Positions 1 through 7,301 of a stretch of DNA of 32,000 nucleotides are shown in pieces. The notes under the pieces were generated by a model. It made no database searches and was not told the origin of the DNA. It saw only the letters and a program-made list of their open reading frames with translations. Location: the sequence record NC_091964.1; one strand, written 5' to 3'. Positions within the stretch are counted from its first letter, which is position 1. Each line of letters begins with the position of its first letter. The position numbers and the translations under genes are program-made. The stretch comes from Serratia phage PCH45.

Positions 1-1585
1 CAACCGTACCACGAGCAGTGATGCCCGGACCGATTAAGGTAGCCAGCCATTCGATGTCAGTGCCCTGGAAGCCCGCTGCTTTAGCGAGTTCGTAGGCGGA
101 CTTACCATCAATACCGTCTTTACCTGGTTTGCCCTGAGGACCTTCGTCACCCTGGTCACCCTTCTCGCCCTTAGCAGTAAAGACGCCGGTGTCGTACCAG
201 GTAGAACCAGTCCAGACAAACAGGTGACCTACATCTTCAACCATATAGGCATCAGATACAGTATTACCGGTAGCAGGAAGTGCGGTTTGGGTAGCGATAC
301 CGCCTTTGAACATAACGGAGCTTGCGTTAGTTCCCGGATCACCTTTTTCACCCTTCTCGCCAGGGTCACCCTTCTCACCCTTAACTTTCAGCGAGAGAAG
401 CCACTCATCGCGAGTACCGCGGAAGCCCTGGTCGATTGCGATTTCGTACGCATCTTTACCAGCTTTACCTTCCGGACCAACCTGACCAACAGTTGACCAT
501 GCGGAACCATCCCATACGTACATCTTCTCATCATCACGAATGATGTAAGAGTCGCCGTTGAACTCAGCCTGTTCAGGCAGAAGAGTTTTAGTGTCCAGAG
601 AACCGATGATACGCAGACCGATGCCGTCAGCCCCTTTCAGGGATTTCAGCCACTCGACTTCAGTACCAACGAAACCATTCAGGACAGCGATCTGGTAAGC
701 ACTGTTACCGTTAGGACCAGTAAAGTCACCGATGTCAACCCATTCCACACCGATCTTCATGTGGAAGTGTTTACCGACGATATAGGTATCGCCGATTTCG
801 AAATCAACCGGATCTGGCAGATCTTTCTCGTCGTCGATCAAACCAACGACTTTCATACCTACTGAGTTCTTACCGTCTTCACCTTTCGGACCAGGTTCTC
901 CTTTGTCACCTTTTTCCGAAGTCGTATAACTCAGGAAGACAGGGACGCCAGTGGAATCGGGAACGTAGATAACGGCAGTGGAGTGGCTATCAGCACCCAG
1001 TGCTTTATAACCAGCAGCCCAGACGTAACGACCTTTCTCGGTCGGCATGACGGAAACGTTACCCTTGGAGGTTTTAGTTGCGTCGATGCGAACGTCGTAG
1101 GTTTCACTTACGGTCTTAGTGGGTTTAACCCCACTGATTGCGTCGGTGACTTTACTCTGGAAGTCGACTGCGCTGATTTCACCGACTACGGTGTTATCAA
1201 CATCTGGCAGCATCCCGTCTTTACCGTCGTTACCGTCGGCACCGGGATCGCCATCTTTACCTTTATCCCCAGGTTTACCCTGTGGACCTTCATCGCCTTT
1301 CGGCCCAAGGAAGCTGCCTAAGTCATTCCACTTAAGCGTACCGGGATTCTGTGGGTCCTCGCCATACGCCCAGAAATGGCTATCGATCACATAGATCTCG
1401 CCACGCTTGGAATCGGCAGGTGCAGGCAAATCGCCTACAGTGGGCAGAATCCCCTTGAAGTTAGGTCCCAGTGACTCAATCAGTGCGGAGACGGCAATGC
1501 TATAGTTCTTGCCAGCTTTGGCCAGAGCAATAACCTCGTCACCTACTAATTTAGCCAAGGGGGTAAGAGCTGAAATTTTAGCCAT
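1..1585 (-). CDS. Tail fibre protein with collagen-like Gly-X-Y segments (5' 528 codons; 3' end lies beyond window start)
   Basis: It is absent from the ORF track, probably because it has no stop inside the window. The reverse complement from ATG (1585-1583; SD AAGGAAAGG 5 nt upstream) reads MAKISALTPLAKLVGDEVIALAKAGKNYSIAVSALIESLGPNFKG... with no stop down to nt 1. Five G-X-Y runs (1214-1306, 866-919, 452-487, 332-388, 98-175) alternate with a repeated module like SAYE[IL]A..GF.GT..EWL.SLKG, which is typical of phage fibres. Confidence 0.85.
   Translation of the reverse strand, partial: MAKISALTPLAKLVGDEVIALAKAGKNYSIAVSALIESLGPNFKGILPTVGDLPAPADSKRGEIYVIDSHFWAYGEDPQNPGTLKWNDLGSFLGPKGDEGPQGKPGDKGKDGDPGADGNDGKDGMLPDVDNTVVGEISAVDFQSKVTDAISGVKPTKTVSETYDVRIDATKTSKGNVSVMPTEKGRYVWAAGYKALGADSHSTAVIYVPDSTGVPVFLSYTTSEKGDKGEPGPKGEDGKNSVGMKVVGLIDDEKDLPDPVDFEIGDTYIVGKHFHMKIGVEWVDIGDFTGPNGNSAYQIAVLNGFVGTEVEWLKSLKGADGIGLRIIGSLDTKTLLPEQAEFNGDSYIIRDDEKMYVWDGSAWSTVGQVGPEGKAGKDAYEIAIDQGFRGTRDEWLLSLKVKGEKGDPGEKGEKGDPGTNASSVMFKGGIATQTALPATGNTVSDAYMVEDVGHLFVWTGSTWYDTGVFTAKGEKGDQGDEGPQGKPGKDGIDGKSAYELAKAAGFQGTDIEWLATLIGPGITARGTV
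98..175 (-). repeat. Collagen-like Gly-X-Y run, 26 residues (AKGEKGDQGDEGPQGKPGKDGIDGKS)
   Basis: Direct translation, same frame as the 1585 start ((1585-175) is divisible by 3). The DNA motif ggtcacccttctc recurs at 332-388. Confidence 0.8.
1214..1306 (-). repeat. Collagen-like Gly-X-Y run, 31 residues (GPKGDEGPQGKPGDKGKDGDPGADGNDGKDG)
   Basis: Direct translation of the minus strand in the frame of the 1585 start. The + strand ORFs 983..1321 and 1119..1394 are its low-complexity shadows. Confidence 0.85.
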
Positions 1586-1630
1586 GGTTACCTTTCCTTA
1601 CTACGTGGGGTATTAAACAGTTTTCAGTTA

Positions 1631-1646
1631 TACATTACTTAAGTGA
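1631..1646. promoter_or_regulatory. Conserved intergenic element TACATTACTTAAGTGA (palindromic core ACTTAAGT): candidate phage promoter or operator
   Basis: The 13-nt core ATTACTTAAGTGA is identical to 8934..8946. Both copies lie in scarce intergenic DNA just upstream of + strand genes. This copy sits in the divergent region between the fibre gene (-) and 1668..2072 (+), followed by AATAAACAT and the SD AGGAG. Confidence 0.35.
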
Positions 1647-1667
1647 ATAAACATCAGGAGTCAAGCT

Positions 1668-2072
1668 ATGTATCCCTCACCTAAGACACAACGCTTTTTG
1701 GTTCGGCTCCATAAAGTGGTCAGTAAAACAAATACAGATCTGCCGGGTAAAAAAGGACTACTCGAATTTCTCGAATCAGTAGAATTTTCAGCTGAGAAAC
1801 TCTACGAGAAATACAATGTCCCAGAAATCGACAGAGGTATTGTAGAACGCTCCTTGGAGTATTTATCCCGCAACAGAACGAGTACTCAACATAGAAGACG
1901 AGAGATTAATGCGTTGGATATGTCTGAATACGAAAAAGCTGTTTACAACGCAATCAACAATGGTGCGACCAGGGATGATCTAATGATTACTCTGAACTTC
2001 GCATTAAAAGAAGACTTGTATAACAGCATCAAACACCAGGAACTAAAAACAATCGTTATGGAAATGCAGTGA
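1668..2072 (+). CDS. Hypothetical protein (134 aa)
   Basis: ATG preceded by SD AGGAG (1656-1660). Clean ORF with no recognisable motifs. Confidence 0.7.
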   Translation: MYPSPKTQRFLVRLHKVVSKTNTDLPGKKGLLEFLESVEFSAEKLYEKYNVPEIDRGIVERSLEYLSRNRTSTQHRRREINALDMSEYEKAVYNAINNGATRDDLMITLNFALKEDLYNSIKHQELKTIVMEMQ

Positions 2073-2138
2073 AAAAATAAACAATAAACTCTTTGTTTGA
2101 AATTAACCAGTTTCTTGACCAAGAAGGTAAAATTAGAA

Positions 2139-2933
2139 ATGACTTACAACGAAATTCAAATCAGTGAAGATGGTTTTGTTACTCTTTTAGATAAGGGTGC
2201 TGACGCTATTAAGAGCAGCGCTTTCCTGGTGATCACTCCGGCGATGGTCATTAAGACTCGAGTTCCGGGTCGTAACGACAGCGGTAAGTGCAGCATCATC
2301 ATCAAATCTGCTGGCGAAGAGCACGAAGTTACATATCAGGATCGCACTGCTATGGAACTGGCGGCGGAAGATCTGCGTGAAGCAATGATGGATCGTATCT
2401 GTAGCCTTCGTCGCACTCCGCGCCGCGAGCGTCTGCGTTCAGTGGAAATGGTTCTGCTGAATCCGAACTGCATGCCTACTCAGGGCACTGAAGGTTCTGC
2501 CGGTTACGATTGCTTCATCGATGTAGAAGCAGCCAAGGGCGACTCGAGCCTTAATATCAAGGAAGATACTCTGATCCTTGATCCCGGTCAGGTTGCTCTT
2601 ATCCCTCTTGGCTTTAAGCTGCTCATTGGTAACCCGGACTACGAAGCACGTCTGGTGCCGCGCAGTGGTAAAGGTCACAAGGGACTGGTGCTCGGTAACA
2701 TGACGGGTACAATTGACAGCGACTACGAAGGCGTCTGGAAGATGTCTATGTGGAACCGTACCGGTGCTCCGCTGCATGTCAACCTGAAAGAAGCAGTTTG
2801 TCAGATGGTCTTTGACCGTGTTGAACATCCTCGCTTTATGCTGGTCGATGAGTTTGATTCTTCCAAATCAACGGATCGCGGTGATGGTGGTTTCGGTTCT
2901 ACTGACGCCAAGCGCATCCTGGCTAAGGACTAA
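2139..2933 (+). CDS. dut: dUTP diphosphatase (trimeric dUTPase) with a ~110-aa N-terminal extension
   Basis: All five dUTPase motifs lie in the C-terminal half: AGYDCF, VPRSGKG, GTIDSDYEG, CQMVF, DRGDGGFGSTD. The track start 2097 is TTG. ATG 2139 (MTYNEIQ...) follows the SD-like AAGG and is preferred. Confidence 0.85.
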   Translation: MTYNEIQISEDGFVTLLDKGADAIKSSAFLVITPAMVIKTRVPGRNDSGKCSIIIKSAGEEHEVTYQDRTAMELAAEDLREAMMDRICSLRRTPRRERLRSVEMVLLNPNCMPTQGTEGSAGYDCFIDVEAAKGDSSLNIKEDTLILDPGQVALIPLGFKLLIGNPDYEARLVPRSGKGHKGLVLGNMTGTIDSDYEGVWKMSMWNRTGAPLHVNLKEAVCQMVFDRVEHPRFMLVDEFDSSKSTDRGDGGFGSTDAKRILAKD

Positions 2934-2935
2934 GC

Positions 2936-3214
2936 ATGAAAAAGCTGCTCGTTAATGCACCAGGCGTAAAAGGCGTGTTCCTCATCACTGCCCCTAGCGG
3001 ATTGTCTACAGAGAATCTGGAAGCTGCCAGTATGATGATCACCGAAGGTAAAATCTACGACGGCTTTAAGAGCTACACTGACGTCGATAATTACCGCCTT
3101 CATACGCTGAAGCCTAACGAACTTCGCGATCTTCGTAAGTTCATCAAAACCACATCGATGGTTGCCCGTAAGATCTCTGCTGACAAACTTCCTGTTTGCT
3201 GGCGTAACCTTTAA
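2936..3214 (+). CDS. Hypothetical protein (92 aa)
   Basis: ATG lies 2 nt after the dut stop, with SD AAGGA 7 nt upstream. It is followed by a strong terminator. No RelE/HigB-like motifs. Confidence 0.65.
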   Translation: MKKLLVNAPGVKGVFLITAPSGLSTENLEAASMMITEGKIYDGFKSYTDVDNYRLHTLKPNELRDLRKFIKTTSMVARKISADKLPVCWRNL

Positions 3215-3218
3215 TATC

Positions 3219-3249
3219 GGAAGGAGCCTTCGGGCTCCTTCTCTTTTTT
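3219..3249 (+). terminator. Intrinsic terminator (GAAGGAGCC-TTCG-GGCTCCTTC plus T-run)
   Basis: 9-bp GC-rich stem, UUCG tetraloop, tail TCTTTTTT. Confidence 0.8.
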
Positions 3250-3262
3250 GTCCGGAGTTAAA

Positions 3263-3592
3263 ATGCAACCACGTAAACCTTCACACCCAGGACTGATCTT
3301 AAAAGAAGAGTTCATGGTTCCCCTGGGCATTGACGAGCGCGAGCTCGCACAAATTCTCGGCGTTGTTGAAACTACTATTCAGCAACTTGTTAAGGAAGAG
3401 ACTAAGTTAGGTATTAGTCTCGCTGGTCGTTTAGCGACTTGTTTCGAAACCAGCATCGAGTTCTGGATGAATCTCCAGCACAATCTCGATATCTGGGAAA
3501 TGATGAATGATGGTTCTGTCCAGGCTGCTTGGAAGAAAATCATCACGGCTAAAAATTACGTAGAAACGAGGAATGGAAATGAAAGAACTTAG
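3263..3592 (+). CDS. higA: HigA-family antitoxin-like XRE helix-turn-helix protein (109 aa), no cognate toxin nearby
   Basis: KPSHPGLILKEEFMVPLGIDERELAQILGVVETTIQQLVKEE...LAGRLATCFETSIEFWMNLQHNLDIW matches the HigA/VapI antidote signature (HPGE.L.EEFL.PLG...LA..LGV....I......R.I....A.RLA..FGTS.EFWLNLQ..YDL). ATG 3263 has SD GGAG. The track start 3248 is a TTG inside the terminator tail. Confidence 0.8.
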   Translation: MQPRKPSHPGLILKEEFMVPLGIDERELAQILGVVETTIQQLVKEETKLGISLAGRLATCFETSIEFWMNLQHNLDIWEMMNDGSVQAAWKKIITAKNYVETRNGNERT

Positions 3593-4001
3593 CGGATGTG
3601 TAAAAGACATTATGTTGGCATTGGCTTTAATTGTCGCTGGTTTGGTAATCTCCAGCGCTAATGCAGATGCTGCTCAGATCGTAGACCAAAACGATCATCT
3701 GGTCTGCCAGAATTGTTACGCTGGCAAAAACATCCTTCTGAACAACGCAGATGAGTCCTACATCTATAACCAGATCGTAGAGACGCCGAACTTTGCCTTC
3801 ATCAAGGAAGATCAAGGTAGTTCTTGCTACGGTGGCGGCTGGAACATTGTTGACAAACGTGTTCCTGAACCGGCGTTGGTTCCTATCGATACTGACTGTA
3901 AAGAGATTACGAAAGCAACTGCTTTTGAATCGGGTAAAACAGTCTTCTTCAAAGTCACGTACTACGGCGGTAAGTCTGTCGTATACGAATATAAAATGTA
4001 G
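3579..4001 (+). CDS. Secreted/periplasmic protein with a Sec-type signal peptide (140 aa)
   Basis: N-terminus MKELSGCVKDIMLALALIVAGLVISSANA|DAAQ has a positive n-region, a hydrophobic core and an A-x-A site. The mature part has 4 Cys. SD GAGGA lies 6 nt before ATG 3579, and ATG 3573 is an alternative. Confidence 0.7.
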   Translation: MKELSGCVKDIMLALALIVAGLVISSANADAAQIVDQNDHLVCQNCYAGKNILLNNADESYIYNQIVETPNFAFIKEDQGSSCYGGGWNIVDKRVPEPALVPIDTDCKEITKATAFESGKTVFFKVTYYGGKSVVYEYKM

Positions 4002-4010
4002 GGTGGAGTA

Positions 4011-4262
4011 ATGGAAAGAGATGTTCTGAAGGCATGGGACAATCGTATTGAGATTACGTTTATCTCTGATCCCGGTATGGCCCCTCATCGCGGTACTGAG
4101 CACCGTACTACCACCATCATTTCTCAGTACAAGGATGGGCTTCTAGCACTGGAGAAGAAAGAAGAGGAAGTTACTAATTTCTCTCCTCGTTCTCCTTACC
4201 AATCGCTGGATGAATTACTGGTTAGTCGTTTCCCCGTTATCTCGGAAGGAAGAGTAGAATGA
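4011..4262 (+). CDS. Hypothetical protein (83 aa)
   Basis: SD GGTGGAG before the ATG. Its stop overlaps the next start (ATGA). Confidence 0.6.
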   Translation: MERDVLKAWDNRIEITFISDPGMAPHRGTEHRTTTIISQYKDGLLALEKKEEEVTNFSPRSPYQSLDELLVSRFPVISEGRVE

Positions 4263-4696
4263 GAGACTATCGTCAGATGCTGTTCCAGTTAACGCTCATC
4301 GTTAACGCTATTCGTTACTTCCGCGGAGAATTAATTGGCGCTTGCTTCGAAAGTAGAATCGGTCACCACACCCTAACCGATGTTCCTGGTTATTACGGTG
4401 TGGCACTTAACCCTTCTCTTGGCGATATGCTTCCGCCACTGCCGCCTAATGATAGCGCGCTTTTCAACCGGATAACCATTCACGACAAGACCGGCCTTAA
4501 TTTAAAGACGGAACATCTATTCGGTGGTGGTAATCGTAACGATATCAGCGAACAGGATGCTTTGTGGTGGTGGGGTCAAATTCGTGAATATGTCCTGGCA
4601 AAAGACACACCTTACCCTCGGCTGACGTCCATGTGTGATCTGTACATGGATTATATCGACGGCATTGAAGAAAAATGGCAAGCTATTAATCAATAA
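4259..4696 (+). CDS. Hypothetical protein (145 aa)
   Basis: ATGA overlap with the upstream gene, followed by a terminator. No recognisable motif. Confidence 0.65.
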   Translation: MRDYRQMLFQLTLIVNAIRYFRGELIGACFESRIGHHTLTDVPGYYGVALNPSLGDMLPPLPPNDSALFNRITIHDKTGLNLKTEHLFGGGNRNDISEQDALWWWGQIREYVLAKDTPYPRLTSMCDLYMDYIDGIEEKWQAINQ

Positions 4697-4698
4697 AA

Positions 4699-4728
4699 AC
4701 AGGGGCTTCATGCCCCTGTTTTTTTTTT
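4699..4728 (+). terminator. Intrinsic terminator (ACAGGGGC-TTCAT-GCCCCTGT plus T10)
   Basis: 8-bp stem and a run of 10 T directly after the 4696 stop. Confidence 0.8.
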
Positions 4729-4757
4729 GACATTATTAGAACATCTTATGCTAATAC
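4727..4757 (+). promoter_or_regulatory. Possible sigma70-type promoter for nrdB (TTGACA ... TGcTAATAC)
   Basis: A consensus -35 TTGACA (4727-4732) is built from the terminator T-tail. The -10 options are GCTAAT (17-nt spacer, lacks A-11) or TGn-TAATAC (19-nt spacer). Neither is ideal. Confidence 0.3.
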
Positions 4758-4782
4758 CCATTAACTTTACACGGACACAGCC

Positions 4783-5889
4783 ATGCAATACAGCACTTTT
4801 GACCAACGTAAAAATGACCCATTAAAAGAACCAATGTTCTTTGGTCAGTCAGTCAACGTTTCACGCTATGATCAGCAGAAGTACGAGATCTTCGAAAAGC
4901 TGATTGAAAAACAACTTTCCTTCTTCTGGCGCCCGGAAGAAGTAGATGTCTCTCAGGACCGTATCGACTTCAATGCGTTACCGGACCATGAGAAACACAT
5001 CTTTATCTCCAACCTGAAGTACCAAACTCTTCTGGACTCCATTCAAGGCCGTAGTCCTAACGTCGCGTTGTTACCGTTAGCGTCTCTGCCGGAACTGGAA
5101 ACGTGGATTGAAACCTGGGCGTTCAGTGAAACTATTCACAGCCGTTCCTACACTCACATCATCCGCAACATCGTAAACGACCCGGCACTGATCTTCGATG
5201 ATATCGTTGTCAACGAACATATCCTGGCGCGTGCTAAGCCAATCGCTAAGTACTACGACGACCTGATCGAAATGACGCAGCGCTACAACCTCGATGGTGA
5301 GATGACTGGCGTTAAGCTGCGTGATATCAAAAAGCAGCTCTACATCTGCCTGATGTCAGTTAACGCATTGGAAGCAATTCGCTTCTACGTTTCCTTCGCA
5401 TGTTCGTTCGCGTTCGTTGAACGTAGTCTGATGGAAGGTAACGGTAAGATCATTAAGTTGATCGCTCGCGATGAAGCACTGCACCTGACCGGTACTCAAC
5501 ACATGCTGAACCTACTGCGCAGCGGTGCTGATGATCCTGAAATGGCAGAGATCGCTAAAGAGTGCGAACAGGAATGCTATGATCTGTTCCTGGAAGCAGC
5601 TAATCAGGAAAAAGAGTGGGCCGATTATCTCTTTATCGACGGTTCAATGATCGGTCTGAACAAAGATATCCTGCACAAGTACATCGAGTACATTACGAAC
5701 ATCCGTATGCAGGCTGTAGGGCTCGCTCTGCCGTTTAAAACCAAAGAGAACCCTATCCCATGGATTAACGCTCACCTCGTGTCAGACAACGTACAGGTCG
5801 CACCACAGGAGGTTGAAGTTTCATCCTATCTGGTAGGTCAGATCGATGCTGATGTCAACACAGAAGACTTCGGTGACTTCCAACTATAA
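4783..5889 (+). CDS. nrdB: Ribonucleotide reductase class Ia beta (R2) subunit
   Basis: Collinear over its full length with E. coli NrdB as I recall it, with long identical stretches: [106 protein letters not shown]. The di-iron ligands, the radical Tyr ([21 protein letters not shown]) and the C-terminal R1-binding tail are all present. Confidence 0.97.
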   Translation: MQYSTFDQRKNDPLKEPMFFGQSVNVSRYDQQKYEIFEKLIEKQLSFFWRPEEVDVSQDRIDFNALPDHEKHIFISNLKYQTLLDSIQGRSPNVALLPLASLPELETWIETWAFSETIHSRSYTHIIRNIVNDPALIFDDIVVNEHILARAKPIAKYYDDLIEMTQRYNLDGEMTGVKLRDIKKQLYICLMSVNALEAIRFYVSFACSFAFVERSLMEGNGKIIKLIARDEALHLTGTQHMLNLLRSGADDPEMAEIAKECEQECYDLFLEAANQEKEWADYLFIDGSMIGLNKDILHKYIEYITNIRMQAVGLALPFKTKENPIPWINAHLVSDNVQVAPQEVEVSSYLVGQIDADVNTEDFGDFQL

Positions 5890-5898
5890 GGAGGCGTT

Positions 5899-6246
5899 AT
5901 GGAACAGACCAGACTTCCGACGATGCGTATGTATCGTCACTATAAGGGCGGCGAATATCTTCTGATTGCTATTGCTAACGAAGGTTCTGATCGCGAGGGG
6001 TTCGAACCTACTGCGGTCTACCATTCGTTGAAAGAGGGTAAAATATATTCTCGTGCCTTATCTGAGTTTTCGGATAAGTTCACGCTGATTGAGCCGGAAG
6101 AGAAGGTTATTCCGGTTATAGTTCAGCACGGCGCGTCGATAACTATATCCACTGAGCTAGGATGCTTCAATCGTCCTTTTAGAGCCGCAGAGATCCCTGA
6201 AGCGTTATTCGTTGCTTTTAATAAAGACATCGCTTTCGAGCTATAA
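5899..6246 (+). CDS. DUF1653-like protein (115 aa)
   Basis: YRHYKGGEYLLIAIANEGSD...PTAVYHSL..GKIYSRALSEF fits the DUF1653 pattern (YRHYKG..Y.......H.E......V.Y.......W.RP...F). Strong SD AAGGAGG. Confidence 0.7.
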   Translation: MEQTRLPTMRMYRHYKGGEYLLIAIANEGSDREGFEPTAVYHSLKEGKIYSRALSEFSDKFTLIEPEEKVIPVIVQHGASITISTELGCFNRPFRAAEIPEALFVAFNKDIAFEL

Positions 6247-6250
6247 CAAG

Positions 6251-6279
6251 GGAAGGGCTCAGGCCCTTCTTTTTTTTTT
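6251..6279 (+). terminator. Intrinsic terminator (GAAGGGC-TCAG-GCCCTTC plus T10)
   Basis: Stem-loop followed by a 10-T run after the 6246 stop. Confidence 0.8.
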
Positions 6280-6296
6280 GCTTTTGCAGATGAGAC

Positions 6297-6330
6297 AAAA
6301 AAAAAACAATAAGGAGCCCGAAGGCTCCTC
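6297..6330 (-). terminator. Intrinsic terminator of the minus-strand gene 6336..7112
   Basis: On the minus strand it reads GAGGAGCC-TTCG-GGCTCCTT, then ATTG and T10. It lies back to back with the + strand terminator at 6251..6279. Confidence 0.7.
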
Positions 6331-6335
6331 GTATG

Positions 6336-7112
6336 TTAACTACCCTGCTGTCCGCCTTTGGTAAGGTCGGTCATCGGAGAGCTTTTGATGCCGTCGTTGA
6401 TATGGTTTACGATCAGTTGATCGCGTTTACCCATCACCTCACCTGGTCCACTTGCGTTGTCGAGAGGATCAGTCTCTTTTCTCCCCAGCTCAACTTCGAG
6501 AGTTTCCTGAACCGGTTCCAGGTAGAAGTAATCAATCGCAGTACGGTGTCCAGGTCCAGCCTTAACCGGCATGATAACGTAACCAACTTTTTCCTGGAGT
6601 GCTTCATTAAGATAAGCAAACGCAGGCTCCATACCAACATTCTTGCGGCATGGTAAGTTGAAGCGATCGAACTCGATCGTCATGTCGATGATTGCGGGGT
6701 TCAACTGCTCCAGCACTGACGTGACATAAGCAGCGATCTCTTGCAGCTCTTCAGATGCTTCCAGGTAGAACTTGCCTGGGAGTTTAATCTCGAACAGCTG
6801 AGCAACTGCTTCCATTTTACCGCTATCATCCATACCGAACAAGAACGGTGTGTAAGGACGATGAGTTGAGATCGTCTTATTCTGCTCCTGGATATAAACG
6901 GTATGCGGCGTATGGATAACCGACAGGACCTCGCGCGACTTACGGTTACGGAAGATGATAATGTTACCTTCGTTGAATACGGAAGAACGTACTTCAACAG
7001 ACTCATCTTCTTGCAACGGCATGATCTCTTCGCCCTGAATAAAAGGCATGAGTTCTTCTACCGTGTTTGCAATACCGGAGGATACAATCTTAACATACGT
7101 GTTAGGTTTCAT
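6336..7112 (-). CDS. Hypothetical protein (258 aa), the only minus-strand gene inside the 1.6-18.1 kb plus-strand block
   Basis: Long clean ORF with SD AAGG 9 nt before the ATG and its own terminator. The + strand ORFs 6333..6656 and 6903..7202 are shadows. Confidence 0.8.
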   Translation of the reverse strand: MKPNTYVKIVSSGIANTVEELMPFIQGEEIMPLQEDESVEVRSSVFNEGNIIIFRNRKSREVLSVIHTPHTVYIQEQNKTISTHRPYTPFLFGMDDSGKMEAVAQLFEIKLPGKFYLEASEELQEIAAYVTSVLEQLNPAIIDMTIEFDRFNLPCRKNVGMEPAFAYLNEALQEKVGYVIMPVKAGPGHRTAIDYFYLEPVQETLEVELGRKETDPLDNASGPGEVMGKRDQLIVNHINDGIKSSPMTDLTKGGQQGS

Positions 7113-7301
7113 TTCAATAAGCCTTGGTTACATGTTTATTTAAGTGGGTTTATGACTGTTTGGTGTTTAGTAGTGGTAGTGCAGTTAGTCATCTGCATAT
7201 AATGTCTTTTTCTACATCGTTACGTGTAAATATGAACATAACCTTCTGAAGAGATCATATGGCAGCAAGGACTGCCTAACTCTAAGAAATGGTATAGAAA
7301 A

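Noticed and set aside
224-1394. Plus-strand ORFs 224..496, 983..1321 and 1119..1394, and the minus-strand ORF 34..219
   Set aside because: They lie antisense to, or out of frame with, the long collagen-like fibre ORF. Their Ser/Pro/Leu-rich low-complexity translations are the expected shadows of Gly-X-Y coding repeats, and none has an SD.
2936-3214. The 92-aa ORF as the HigB toxin partner of the HigA-like gene (correct order and size for higBA)
   Set aside because: The sequence shows none of the HigB/RelE-type conserved pattern as I recall it, and a strong terminator separates the two genes. This remains an untested possibility only; see the finding at 2936..3592.
2930-3268. Minus-strand 112-aa ORF opposite the 92-aa gene
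   Set aside because: It would run straight through the + strand terminator hairpin at 3219..3249 and has no SD. The + strand ORF has an SD and tight spacing after dut.
6290-6364. 24-codon ORF (MRQKKNNKEPEGSSYVNYPAVRLW) between the two back-to-back terminators
   Set aside because: It is made of the A-run and the hairpin of the minus-strand terminator and runs into the 3' end of the minus-strand gene. It has no SD.
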